From: Veleropilina oligotropha
Lineage: Eukaryota
NCBI GenBank assembly: GCA_048128005.1
Contig: JBEUKZ010000069.1
Coordinates: forward strand, 1 to 64,000
Direction of reading: 5' to 3'
DNA: 64,000 bases
The notes under the pieces were generated by a model. That model did no database searches, had not been told where the DNA came from, and saw only the letters and a program-made list of their open reading frames with translations. Numbering within the stretch: the stretch's first letter is position 1; the number at the start of each line of letters is the position of its first letter. Below, in pieces: positions 14,262-27,185 of this stretch. Position numbers and translations under genes: made by a program.

Positions 14262-15476
14262 TGGGGCGCTTGCTTACGTTTTACGCGTTTGCCTGCTGAT
14301 GTCAATTCTTTCATCCTCGTATCGAGAGTGTTCTTCAGAGTTAAGAAAATCTCATCTTCGATTAATTTGTATTCCCTGCCCTTAGACGATAAGTAAAATT
14401 GCAGGCAAATGATGAGCTCATCCACGGTCTTCGCGGGGTACTCTTCCCCAGACTGTTTCTTTGCTTCAAGAACAAAGCGTGACAAAGAATAACACAATTC
14501 GTCTTTCGTCATTTCAACTAACTCCATCCTAATGGAACTTATGTCAGGGTCACGTATGTAGCACATTCATTTCTGGAAGCCTTCCAATCGTTGAACACTC
14601 GAAGCGCCCACTGGCATTTTGTCCTTGTAGACTTCGAATAGCTGCAATGAATAAATATATTGTTATCATAATATAATATTTTCCTTAGAAAGTACGTACG
14701 TTTCATAATGTTGTGCCATCTATTATGATAAGGGTGTTTGTCATGCGATACGACAACGTTCGGTAAAATGGCGGCAGCAGTCAATCTTCAGATTTATGGA
14801 GGAAGGGGTTAAGTGTCCGTATATGCCTACGGCTAAATGTAAAATTGGTTTATTTTGTTCTTCTTTGTTCATGCGCAACGATATTTTTCACGTCCAATTG
14901 TCTTAATTTATGATAATGCATTCACAGTGATTGACAACGAACATGAGTGGGTTTGAATCTCTGTAGGGGCATTAACATTCTTCGGTTACTTATCAATAGC
15001 AGTTGTCCGTAACTGGCCTGAGGGCGGGTTTCCCCAGGCGACCGGGCTTTCCTCCCCGATAATATGAACATGTCCTGCCTTGAACCGGAAAGTTGTAAAC
15101 ATATAGGACATTAGGCACCATTATATCCATCCATCCACAGTGATTGACATAATATTATATCCTCTGACAGGCCGACATATCAATAACTATATTACTGAAA
15201 TTTTCTCAAATATCCGACTATTATTCAATCGGTATCGCCATTGTACTTGATAAATTATATTTTCTTGCTTCTCTCCTCAATCACCATATCAGATACCGGC
15301 TCCGCGAATCGTGTTACAAAATTGGCGGCATCAACACTGCGAAGACGCTTTTTCGTTTGACCACATGGATTGATCGGTTCGTTGTCACTTACATCCGAAA
15401 ATTGATTTGAATATGGACTCCTTTGCTTGAAAGAATTCTGAGTTAAAGAAAGTTCGTTCTCTGATTCGGACGACAT
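14262..15476 (-). pseudogene. Crypton-like tyrosine-recombinase transposon gene, N-terminal part only (related to DUF3504/ZMYM/QRICH1 proteins); spliced, frameshifted, truncated
   Basis: Exon 1 ...RFAEPVSD...; exon 2 SKSTRTKCQWALRVFNDW; then ELCYSLSRFVLEAKKQSGEEYPAKTV..LIICLQFYL...LKNTLDTRMKELTSAG...RKQA. These motifs are characteristic of CryptonA/V proteins. The catalytic C-terminal domain is absent. Confidence 0.75.
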
Positions 15477-15585
15477 GTTTTACAATGTTAATCGTCCTTC
15501 TCATATCAACTGACTGAGGCTTTGTTCATTCAGTGCAACACGTGCTATATACAGCCCGTCGTTGCAATCTAAAAGCGAGCAAATG

Positions 15586-16260
15586 TCAGAGTCAGAGTCA
15601 GAAAACTTTATTTAAACTCGGCAAGGAGATACAACAAAATAACATTAGCTATTACTAGCTATTGAACCGAGATAAAAAAAAAAAAATACATCAACACACA
15701 GCACACATATAAAAGTACATAGACATCGCATACAAATATACAGATGATTTGCATAAAATTCACAAAGTAATACAGCAGATTATTTGCACATGGAGCATTT
15801 ACAAGTGCTGCCATTCCAAGTTTGTAATTTTGATTTAAAGCTATTGTAGGAGACTGCTTGTCTCGTAGCATCTGGGAGGCTGTTCCAGATGGACGCAGCA
15901 GCATTTTTGACCGATTTTGTACCATATCGTACAGTTTTTGTATATGGTACATTTAATAAATTTGAATACCTAAAAGAGTAAGTACTGTTGTCTTTCTTAG
16001 TGATTAAATCTTGGAGATAGGTAGGACTTTCATTGTTTATAATCTTATACACTTGAAGAGCAATCTCTCTCTGTCGTCGAATCGAAAGAGAAGTTTTATT
16101 TGCTCTTTTAAAAGTGAGTTGTAGTCGACCTCTGGTTGTTGATATACATCTTAGCGCTCTAGCATTTATCCTTTCAATTTTATTTGTATCTGCTGCATTG
16201 CAGAAATGCCAAGATAATGGACAGTAATAAAAATTTGACAAGATAAAACAGTTACGTCTT
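15586..16260 (-). mobile_element. L2/Crack-like LINE 3' fragment
   Basis: FILSNFYYCPLSWHFC...KIERINARALR...SPTYL...YGTKS...IWNSLP; AATAAA and a (TCTGAC)n tail at ~15586-15615. Confidence 0.85.
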
Positions 16261-16334
16261 ATCACGAATCTACTGATATTATAGGCAGCTCAAGGCGCGA
16301 ATTTGCATTGTTAATTGGGATTGTGTTGTATTTT

Positions 16335-16452
16335 AAGTTAGAGAAAGAACTCAATTGCAATAGATTCGTAGACTGAAAGTCATCGGCGCTACCGCGCCTC
16401 GGACTTTCAAATCTACGAATCTATTGAATTTCGTTCTTTCTCCTTAACATAG
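16335..16452. repeat. Hairpin terminus of a Crypton-like non-autonomous element
   Basis: AATAGATTCGTAGACTGAAAGTC - GC-rich loop - GACTTTCAAATCTACGAATCTATT; same architecture as 25238-25352. Confidence 0.55.
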
Positions 16453-16860
16453 TCTTTTTGAAGATTTAACATGGATATGAAAGATACGTTGATATATTAC
16501 CTCATAAATGTAGAATTGTATTTGCGAGATTCCGATTAGGAAACCATAATCTTCCAATTGAATAAGGAAGGTGGAGAAATATCCTTAGACATGAACGCAT
16601 ATGTAATGAATGTTATAGAAATTGTATTGGTGATGAGTTTCATTTCCTGTTTCAGTGTAACGCTCTGAATGAAAGAGAACGCTCTACTTGCCTCCTTATT
16701 ATTGTGGAAACAGCAATGTTCTCAAAATGCAAAAACATATGAGCTCAAGGAAGAAACAGAAATGTTCTCAAAACGCAAAAAACTTATGAGCTCAAGGAAG
16801 AAAAGTTAACTAATTAAAATATGCCAGTTCATCAAAAGTGGACTAAACCAACTGTAATAT
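16453..16860 (+). mobile_element. LINE ORF2 3' fragment with zinc-finger C-terminus (RTEX/L2-like)
   Basis: FRLGNHNLPIE*GRWRNI.RHERICNEC...IGDEFHFLFQC. Confidence 0.75.
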
Positions 16861-18420
16861 GGCATATATATGCTAGCACAATTAACTATTTTAGGACCTC
16901 TCATTGTTAATGCACTAATTAATGTTGATCTCTATTGAGTTTGTATTATTTGTATTGATTCTGTATTCTTTTTGTATTGTTTTCCCTATGCTAAATCATG
17001 TCTGCCCACATGCAAGTAAATATATATTGTTTTCCTCATGTACCTGTTGCCTTGCTTACATGTTTTCATCAATGTAAATGACAAAATTAGAAATTAATTA
17101 GCCTTCACACATTGCCATTAACTGTAGTCTTATTGCTTATATAATAATTTAATACTGACTGCAGTGTTGAAGACAATGAAATGAATGTTGAATAAGAACG
17201 GACGGGTGAATTCCAATTCTCGTGTTTATACTGCAATTACCATTTACTGACAAACAATTTGCAACTACATGTAATTACAAAACAGACATCCGTGAAGCTC
17301 ACCAACACCCGAATACGCAGAAATAAGGAGTAGGCCTAGTTATTTTATGCGACAATTAGTAAGGGAAATAATATAACACAAGGCCTACATGATAGTGGTC
17401 GCGATAGGCCTTTATTATCACCCGCAACAACGAAGTTGTCGGGGGATATAGAAACGAGTTCCGTCCGTCCGTCTTTCCGTCCGTCCGTCTGGCAGTTCTT
17501 CCATCCATCCGTCCGTGCAACTTGATTATCTTTTTCACATCATATCTCGTAATCCGCTCGACGTAACTTCACGAAAATTGGTGAATGGATTAAGTAGCAG
17601 CTGAACTGGTGACTTATGCTAATTTCGACGTTGTGTAACGATTATTAACAGAGCTACCGCCCTTGTCCTACATTTGTTGTTATTATCTTTTTCATGGCGT
17701 ATATCATACACCGCTCGACATAGCTTTGCGAAATTAGCTGGGTATCTTAAGTAGTTGATGAACTGGTGTCGTTTGCTAATTTCGACGTTGACGCTGTGCT
17801 GCGATTATTCAGAGTTATTGCCTTTGTAGTAAATCGTTAATGCTATCTTTTTTCGTCGTCCGTTCGTGCAAATGATCTTTTCCAGAGCATATCTCGTAAT
17901 CCGCTCGACTTAACTTTACGAAACATGGTGAATGGATTAAATAGCAGCTGAACTGGTGCCTTTTGCTAATTTCGACATTGGGCAATGATTATTAATAGAG
18001 TTACTGCCCTTGTCTTAAATTCGTTGCTGTCTTTTCTGAAGCGTATCTCATACACCACTCGACGTAACTTTCCGAAACTTACTGGGTATGTTAAGTAGAT
18101 GGAGAACTGGAGCCTTTTGCTAATTTCGAGGTTGGGCGGCGATTATTCAGAGTTAATCCATTTTGACATAGTTTTCTTTTGTTATAACTGTTGATTATCC
18201 TGCACGAATCGACGGCTGAGATGGCTATTATGAGCCCTGATTAGTAGACCAATTTAGAAAGCGTTGCATGCATTCCGTACGGACGGTTCCATTCCAGAAA
18301 GTGACGAAGGAATGTTTAAGGCAGTATATAATCCAAATTGTTCAGTTTCCAGGCGGACGATTCCATTCTAGAACACGTGGACGCTGAAAATAAAAGAAAA
18401 CAATTTTCAATACATAGATT

Positions 18421-18763
18421 AAATAGATTAAATAGAATTTGTTTGGGTTTAGAAAGCGCATTACTGCCACTCATATAAAAACCCATTGAGTTGTCTTGTC
18501 CTCTATAACCTGCCCTTCTTCTTAAAATGCTCATCTAGGCGATTTTTAAATTGGTTTACAGATGTCGATTCCACTACATTATTAGGAAGAGCATTCCATT
18601 CATCGACAACCCGATTTGAGAAAAAGTGTTTTCTAACGTCTAGTCGGAATCGTTTTTTGTAAATCTTGTATTGATGCCCCCGGGTATGCCTTTGGTTCAT
18701 CTGAAAAAAGAAACTATTGTCAACGTTGACTTTTCCTGTAAACATTTTAAAAACCTGAATCAT
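18421..18763 (-). mobile_element. CR1/L2-clade LINE 3' fragment inserted in the ISL2EU left TIR
   Basis: Same family as 9415-9848 (MIQVFK...[34 protein letters not shown]); 3' tail is a (TTTAATCTA) repeat. Confidence 0.85.
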
Positions 18764-18841
18764 GCAATCATGCAATCCCATAATCCTTAGAGCGCCGCCA
18801 TTAACCAAGGCAAGCGAGACAAATCGATAATCAGCAGAAAA

Positions 18842-19492
18842 ATGGTAACTTCGTGCTTTGTGAATGGCTGTACGAATAGAATGAATGATGGTGGAGAGAA
18901 AATATCATTTTATGTGGTACCGAATATGGTGAAACACCTGGGAAAACAGACTGAAGCGCTGAGTACGCGACGACGAGCGGCTTGGATAGCTAGCATCAAC
19001 AGACAAAGACTACCAACGACGCACTCAGCAGTGTGTGCTGATCATTTTTTAACAGGTATACTGTGCTTTATTTCTGTTAACTAATGCACAATAGACATTT
19101 TTCATTCGGGAGAAATTAATTGTGTGTATTTTAGTGGTGCATACAACTTATCATGGGTTTGTTTACAACTAATATTTTTACTGGGTGGTAGTTTGATGTC
19201 ACAAAGAGGTATGATAAACATGCTGATAGATTGTTGGAGATTGATAATCATACCGGTACTTGGTAGATTGCTTGTCATGGCATTCACAGTACATGTATTT
19301 ATAACTAATACTGGTATATTTGCAGGTAAACCGTCATCTCTCTATGACTCGACACACCCCGACTGGGTTCCAACACTCTTGATGAAGGAACCGGAACGAC
19401 AACAAACCATAACCATGGTCAACACACCAAATATTAAACGGTAAGTAAATAATATTCAATGTGAAGATTTACTAATACTTTGTACACAAACC

Positions 19493-19544
<52 letters not shown>

Positions 19545-20884
19545 AATGACAGTAGACGTCACAATGATTTTGTTGTGTCAGAGTCGTTGTGTTACACCGA
19601 ACATGTTTGATTTTTTGCATACATTTATCCCATCCAAGAGAATACAACGCAGAAAATTTGATTATTATGTTTGTGTTTTTCAGTTACGAACGATCCAAGA
19701 AAAGGACTGAAACAAAGGTTCGACATGATGTGGCGACCGCACTCCTGGACTTATCATTGATACCACAGAGCCCGATGGAAGACAACACTGTATCGGAGAC
19801 ATCCTCTTCACAAGTTAGTGATGCATCTACAGAGACTGACGAGGATGACGTAGTTGCTGATACTGCTGCTCCTGACACCGCAGCTCCTGATACGGTTGCT
19901 CCTGACATAGATCTCAATATGGAGATCCAAAATCTTCGAATGGAAAACTTGAAATTGAAGCAGGATTTGTTAAATACCAGTTTGACCCAGGAAAGCTTCG
20001 AAGCAGATGAGAAAAAAGTGCAATTTTTGACTGGATTACCAAGTTATATAACTTTGATGGCAGTGTTCGAATATTTGTCACCATCCATTCCAGAGCACTT
20101 GAACTCAAGATTGTCAAAATTTAAGAAATATATTCTAGTTCTCATGAAGTTGCGACTGGGAACGCAGATGCAGGACTTAGGCTATCGTTTTGGTGTATCA
20201 AAATCTACCATCTCAAGAACATTCGTGTCAACAATACATGTTATGTATGAAAAATTAAAATCAATTATATATTGGCCAGCTCGAGAACAACTTCGTCAAA
20301 CTATGCCGCTTCAGTTTCGTGAGAATTTTGATTTAAAGGTAGCAATTGTTATAGACTGTTTTGAAATATTCATAGAAAGACCGTCAAATTTATCGGCCCG
20401 CGCAGACACGTGGTCACAATACAAACATCATAATACGATAAAATTCTTGATTGGTGTGACACCCCAGGGTACCATTTCATTCTTATCCAAATCATGGGGA
20501 GGAAGAACCAGTGACAAAAAACTCACGAACAACAGTGGATTTCTTGATAATTTGCTACCCGGTGACCTTGTATTGGCAGATATGGGCTTTGACATCAGAG
20601 AATCTGTGGGATTGATGTGCGCCGAGGTTAATATACCCGCTTTCACCAAGGGTAAACCACAGCTCCCTCCACTTGAATTAGAGTCGACGAGAAAAATTGC
20701 CAATGTCCGCATCCATGTCGAACGTGTTATTGGCTTGGCACGCAACAAATACACAATCTTAAAAGAAACGATACCAATCGATTACCTTATTACTGATTTG
20801 CAAAACAAACCTCTCGTAGACAAAATTGTAACTGTATGCTGTGCACTGACAAATTTTTGCCCATCTGTTGTTATATTTGATTAA
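18842..20884 (+). CDS. THAP + HTH + DDE (DDE_Tnp_4-type) transposase; exons 18842-19055, 19326-19440, 19684-20884; 509 aa, open
   Basis: THAP motif C-x4-C...W...C-x2-HF...DWVPTL across GT-AG introns that keep the frame; [17 protein letters not shown] helix-turn-helix; catalytic [20 protein letters not shown]. Confidence 0.9.
19495..19541. repeat. (TA)n microsatellite in transposase intron 2
   Basis: Direct observation. Confidence 0.97.
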
Positions 20885-21681
20885 TATATACTAATGATAT
20901 AGGAGTGTAACCATAATATATAACTAAGTGAATGCGAGCATGAGCTCTGAATTAACACGCTTGATGGCCCTGTCTGCAAGAGGGTTCGAATCATCGACAG
21001 GGCATTTTGTTGTTCAGTTAACAGTCACATTTTTTACATAACTTTTCCGGATGACAAAGTTTTCCTCCCGTGACAATATGGACAAGTCCTGGTATGAACC
21101 TGAATGTTGCTAAAAATTGGATGTTAAGCACAGTTTCAAATCAATCTAAATGACTCGATGACTTTTGATAAAATAATTTATTTGCAGATCTTAAAAACAT
21201 AAATGTTACGGTCAAATGATCTATGAACCAATATTGTATACATATACTGTACCATTATCCATAATGCTAATGTTATAGCATAATACAATATTACAATATG
21301 AGAGCTATTTCAATTCATCATCATCATAATTTTGTAATAGTGAGATGTAATGTGTATTGTGAAGGGCATATGTTATATAAATATTAAGCAAAAATACACA
21401 TTTTCAAACCAACATATTTATACATAGAGTATATCACTAATATGTAATTCAATTGTCAGATGCAGTACGTGATTAAAGAATATGTTGATTGATGATGTTT
21501 GTTTATATTATGATACTATAATAATTTTGATATTGAGCTGGTATTGCATTTGGAGATATACTATTATAGTATATATAGAGGAAAACATTGGTACACAGAA
21601 TTCTGGAATAATAGCATCTTTAAATGTGCATATACAGATCACAGTGAGAAATGATATTTACCTACACGACTTTCGTTTTTT

Positions 21682-24059
21682 TTATGCTGAAAATTGTGGC
21701 AATTTCCTGCATTGAATGCAATACCAAGCACCCTTTGGTGCACGCTTAATTCCAACACACTTAAAATGGCACCATTTAATAATACAAGCAACATTGTCAC
21801 ACCCAATATACTTTTCGCGTTCATCATATGTTGTTTGACACGTGCAAAAGAGTTCAGTGTTCACAATCGTTGTCGTGGATTTGATCTCTGAATGTTTATT
21901 GTTTTCGGTATCCACGTTCCACATTTGTAATGCATTGGGTTGCTCTCGAGAAAAGAACTTGCCGACAAGTTCTGGCAATAATGCACGTTTGAAAAATGTA
22001 GTGGATCGTGCTATGATTTCATTACATAAACCGTTATCTGGTTCAATCCGCTCTACATGCAGTCCAGCCTTTGTCCATACCACGAAATCCACATAGTCTA
22101 CACTGCAAATGAGCATGTGCATTTGCACCTGATAAAAGTACTGATGTTCTTTCTTTAAACACAGGCTTCCATCAACAAGTTCCAACCAGGCAACTTTATC
22201 ACCAGGATCTGTCACCGATTTGTCGCGTATGCAGTAGGGACATTTCACCTCAACAGCACCCTTGCCACAGCAGTCGCACTCGACAAGAGAGTCTGGCGAT
22301 GCTCCCATAAATGGATGCTCTGTGCTTATTACAAATCCACAGGATTGAACCCGGAATGTTGCATGTTCACTCGCGTGGGAATCCGTATACGATTTTAAAG
22401 CGTCATTTCATGGTCGCACCCCCATTTAGTGGCCTTCGTCTGCAAATGACGCGCATCTGGGTAGCAGATATTCGTAATCAAGCTCTGTGCAGGCGAATCA
22501 GGGTTTGTTCGGCACACAGACTTCACCCGAGATGCAGTTACACGTCCTGTACGAAATCGATGCCACTCTCGACTCTCTGCCTGCTTTTGGGTGTTTTGTT
22601 CGACAATTTCCGACTGTTTTGATGACACACTTATCGAATGAAATACAGTCTCGCAATGCGACTGTAGTTCTTGCAGGTCCATGGCAAAACATCTTTCGTC
22701 ACGTAGTTCAGACAACAATGGAGGATAGTCTATGTGCAATGGTTTTGGAACATAGTGGTGAGCATACTCTGGCACCACAGACAGGATGGATGCTTTATCG
22801 CCGCTCGCATGCAACTTTGCGAATAAAGTCGACAGTTCATCAGCTGTGGGGGGCGACACATTTGGAAGTTTAAGGGATTGTGTCTCCCTAGGGGGTGTAC
22901 CGGAGATTGCGCAGTCGAGGTCCTTCTTTAACGTCTTTGCAGATTTGAAGTTTATCTGCTCAACCGGCTTATAACTGGCAGCTTTCACGCCAGTTGGGAG
23001 AAGCCAATACGCTTTTTCCTCGGTCACGGTACGGCCATTTCGTATTGTCACTGCAGCAGAGAGCATAAAAAGAAGAGCGTCGACATGTGTGCACACTTCT
23101 CCTAATCCAGCCATACATGTACAATGGGCTGCCAGAACACAGCCATTCGTCTCGGCTATAATCCTTGGAAGTAACGGGGATTTGGCGACACTCTGCGAAT
23201 GGCGAACCTGAAATTACATAAGAAATATAATTACATAATGTCAAGTCATTGTAGTATAAACATGTATACAAACTCAGACTATACACGATCTAAGAGTGGC
23301 ATTCGATACTGTCCACCGGAATGTGTTACTGAATAGGAAAGGCTTAATGCTTAATGTCCTGTATATTTCCAACCATTAAGTTCAAAGCAGGACATGTTCA
23401 TATCGCAGAAGAAAAGCCCGGTCGCTCTGGGAAACGCACCCTCTCCAGTCAGTTACAGACAATTGTGATTCAAAACCGACATTCTAACCGGTACTCACTA
23501 GTATAATGCAGACCAAATTGTGTGTGTGTGTGGGGGGGGGGGGGATATTTGCATATACAAGATATTAGTGTTGTTAAAGTATGCATTTAGTGAAACCTAA
23601 AAGTACAGTTGCAGTGTGGTCCTGTTTCTGCACCATAACTAGTCAAATTTGAATGTGAAGTGGCAATATTATTGTCCACTTTTCAAAAAGTGAGGATAAA
23701 TTGGGCTAGAGAAAAAATCAGATACTGGTTCATTAATATGTTTTATGCCTTACCTTTCCAATGACAACGGATAATTTATTGACTTCACGAGACACTACAT
23801 CGGATACCCATCCACACACAAATTGATTGTATGCCTCCAATCCTTTGTAAGCTTTCAAGTCACTGAGGCTATACGCACTTTTCGAATTAACAAGATGATT
23901 GACTATGTCAGGGTAGAAAATGGCAGGGTATTTTGCAGGATTACACGTCCATTTGTCCTTCGGTGTTTTGTATGGATCTTCTCCGTTAATCAAGCTTAAT
24001 TTCGCGTTGTATCTTACTTTCGTATCGTTATCTAATTTGTCTATATAATCAAAGTTCAT
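21682..24059 (-). pseudogene. ISL2EU ORF2: SWIM finger + YqaJ/lambda-exonuclease + C-terminal PHD finger; exons 24059-23754 and 23207-21682; one frameshift at ~22405
   Basis: AHCTCMAGLGEVCTHV (SWIM); WHRFRTGRVTAS, GASPD, VEVKCP, YFYQVQ (YqaJ); FCTC..IGCDNVAC..WCHFKCVGI..PKGAWYCIQC (PHD). Adding one A at GAA-AT-GAC restores the frame. Confidence 0.88.
23335..23480 (-). mobile_element. SINE fragment in the YqaJ gene intron
   Basis: ATGCTTAATGTCCTGTATATTT...GTTCAAAGCAGGACATG, the 3' half of the SINE family. Confidence 0.7.
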
Positions 24060-24366
24060 CGTAAATACAAGATATAAAACGTCAGGAAATCACAGTAAAA
24101 TTAACTCGATGTGAATATATATGAAAACACCACCCTTATATAGATAGGCCTAGACATCATTTCTTCATTAGATCTCACCGAAGTGTCAACACCTACCTCT
24201 AATCCTTAATCCGATGTAATCCCACGGCGGCAACATGAGTCATGAGCTGTATCAAACGTAGGAACTAATCTGTAATCAACCGAAGCGCATAACAGCAGCT
24301 TATTAAATTATTGCTTGCTTTTGTTATTCACCGCCTTTGTTTTATCTGCGGTTCCTACATCAAACG

Positions 24367-24629
24367 GGCCGCTTCGGTAGCGCAGTGGGTAGAGTGTCCA
24401 ATCTAACTTCACTGGCTTGTTTCCGCTGACGCGAACAGTAGTGGGATCGACCCCCGGCTGAGGCAGCACACATTTGTTCAAGTTATGAAGCACAGTTGTC
24501 CGTGACTGGCCGAAGAGGGCGGGTTTACCCGGGCGACCGGGGTTTCCTCCCGCGATAACACGGACATGTCCTGCCTTGAACCTCGATGTTGTAAATATAC
24601 AGGACATTAAGCATAATTCCTCCTCCTCC
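24367..24629 (+). mobile_element. Full-length tRNA-derived SINE with 14-bp TSD
   Basis: A-box-like TAGCGCAGTGG, B-box-like GGATCGACCC, (CCT)n tail; TCCTACATCAAACG at 24353-24366 and 24630-24643. Confidence 0.88.
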
Positions 24630-26324
24630 TCCTACATCAAACGCAACAACGATTGATTGTCACTCCATATTGTTGTTCCTTCCGTAATGGCGGACGACGC
24701 GGCTATCACGTGATTTTGGTCACGTGTCTGCAACCTATGTATAGAAAAGATAACAATTCTTTTATCGCGCAGCCAGCAGTTTTGTACTTATAACAAAGTT
24801 TAAGCACAGAAAAATCTTTCCCTAAATCAAAAATGCAATACTCGCTAAACAATAAGAAGAACCTGACAATACTTCGTATAATGTTACTGTTTATATGAAA
24901 GCTTTTCCGTTGGTATATTTTTAAGTTGTTTATAACCACATTGACGAATCCCGATAATTATTTAAATATTATATCACAAAAAGTCGTTAAAATACAATGT
25001 ATATTTGAAATATTATATACATTACCTGGTGCAGTCGAGAGACGTAAATCCCATGTGCTCTGTTCAAAGGCCTGATACCAACTGATGCTTGCGTTGAAAA
25101 ATGCATGCCGGTATAATCTTCTATTCATAAAGAAGGAAAATGGATTCGTCCCCGTGTTAACCAATTAGCGAAACAATACTGACACAGCAGTAGATTCGTG
25201 TGGAATAATCGACAGTTTAAACAAAAGAAAAATGGATTAAGTCGGTGAATATATTCGTAACAGTAGATTCTTTGATTTAATTGTCCTCGGCTTCGCCTCG
25301 GACAAAATTAAATCAAAGAATCTACTGTTACTCATACATTCTCCTTGACTTATTGCCCTTGTTGTAAATTGTTAATGTTATCTTTTCCATAGCATATCTC
25401 ATAATCCGCTCGACACATAGCTTCTCGACACTTGGTGAATGGATTAAGTAGAAGCTGAGCTGGTGCCTTTTAGACGTTATTCAGTGATTATTAACAGTGT
25501 TATATTGATCTTGTCTTAAATTCTTTATTATTATCTTTTTCGGAGCGTATCTCATACACCACTCGACATAACTTTACGAAACCTGCTGGGTATGTTAAGT
25601 AGTTGGTGAACTGGTCCTTGTTTGCTAATTTCGACGATGCCATGCGAGTATTCAGAGTTATTGCCCTTGTTGTAAATTCGTTTATGTTATCTTTTCTGGA
25701 GCATATCTCGTAATTCGCTAGACATAACTTTACTAAACCTACTGAAGAGCCTTTTATTTTTTTGTTAATCTCGATATATTTGGATATTCACTATTTCATG
25801 ATGGTAATCGTTTCGGGGGATATCGATGACTGTGTCTTCGTGATAAAATTAAAACGCTATCTTACAAATAATGTAATATATGTGATGATGTAGATCACAA
25901 AATGTCTGCATGGCCAAGATTAACAGTTAGGGACTGGTCAATTATTATAGGGATGAGGGGGGTGGGCCGGTGGAAATGGTTTACTGGGCGTGTCGAAAAA
26001 TGGTGACCCACCCCCGGACCGTGTGTCTTTTTCCCATGACCCACCCCCAGACCGTGTGTCTTTTTTGCATATATCTAATAATTTTAATCTTTTAAGTCGC
26101 TTGACTCGAATCCGATATTGTTGACATGGTCTTAAACACTAATTCAATTGAACTGTCCTGCATTTTGAGATTGCAATCGTGGTATTTTTACCAACATTTA
26201 TGGACCATTTTCATCAGTTGGATGAGTTTTCAGAACATTGTGTAATTTATTTCATGACCCGCCCCTAAAGTCTTATCATTTTGAAAATGGGTAGAGTCAA
26301 ACTGTTACAATTTGTTATTTATGT

Positions 26325-27185
26325 ATTTATTTATTTATTTATTACATCTTCTTTAAACAGGGTAGCCTGCTCCGTGCGTTAGCACTGGTTTCCAGTAGGG
26401 CCCTGTGTCATACACAGATTCATACAATAAATAAAATAAAACATAAAATATGGCAATATAACATAAATGTAAAAGGACAATTTAATAATATTGCAAAATA
26501 TAAAGCATAGATAAATCATGCTCATTCATACTTATATAATATTTAACTGCATTCATATAAAATATGTACATACATTCTTATAAAATATATCCATACATTC
26601 TTATACAAATATATGCATAATCTTTCCGTTCATATAAAATTTATAATATTAATTTAAAATATATAAATTCAAGTTTAATAAATGATTAAATAAGATTAAA
26701 AACATACTCGATATTATAAATTTGTTGTTGTATAGCATAAAATATTACCATATTTCATTGATTCACTAATTATTTCATATATACATGTTTGAATTTTTAA
26801 ACCGTTGCAGTCTTTAAAGTGCTCGTCAAGTCAATCCATGCCATTGCGCCTCGATATGCGAATGTTCGCTTCCCAGTTGCAAGTTTCGATTTACGTACAT
26901 ATATATTATTGATAGCATTTGCACGTGTTGAATGATAATGGACTGTGCCAATATGACTAAAATAATCTACTAAATACTGTGGACTATCATTATTGATACA
27001 TTTATTCACAGCGAAAGATAAAACTAAATGACGTCGGCTGGCTAACCTTTGCCATTTTAGATCATGGAACATATCGTCGGTGTGTGTTCTTGGTGGTGCG
27101 CGTAATACCGCTCTTGCTGATCGATTTTGTAATACCTGTAATTTATTCTGGAGTGTAGTGGTACAGTTTCCCCATATAGTCCATT
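26325..27185 (-). mobile_element. L2-like LINE 3' fragment
   Basis: IWGNC...KLQVLQNRSARAVL...LKWQ.L..RR...SPQYL...HYHSTR...GKRTFAYRGAMAW; (AATA)n tail near 26325-26343. Confidence 0.8.

Larger units (their letters stand above)
18412..24740. mobile_element. ISL2EU-type (PIF/Harbinger-related) DNA transposon, copy A
   Basis: Convergent THAP-DDE transposase and SWIM-YqaJ-PHD genes. The reconstructed left end ATACATAGATT|GCA matches the right end TGCAACCTATGTAT (13/14). AT dinucleotides fit the ISL2EU TSD; the exact boundary is ambiguous by 4 bp. Confidence 0.85.
18156..25349. mobile_element. Non-autonomous element with subterminal inverted repeats and a terminal hairpin (Crypton-like), flanked by TTA; hosts the ISL2EU element
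   Basis: Inverted repeat 18154-18218 vs 25185-25239; hairpin 25238-25352 with CTCGGCTTCGCCTCG loop; TTA at both junctions. Confidence 0.6.
17411..25842 (+). mobile_element. HINE-like element with internal tandem repeats, split by a 7.2-kb nested insertion
   Basis: 5' subTIR TATCACCCG..CGGGGGATA plus (CCGT)n at 17411-17520. Internal repeats stop at GAGTTA (18155) and resume at TTGCCCTTG (25353). 3' CGGGGGATAT and small hairpin at ~25814-25842. Confidence 0.7.

Noticed and set aside
19589..19683. N-terminus of the 431-aa transposase ORF as listed in the track
   Set aside because: Intron sequence; splicing to the THAP exons uses the AG at 19682-19683
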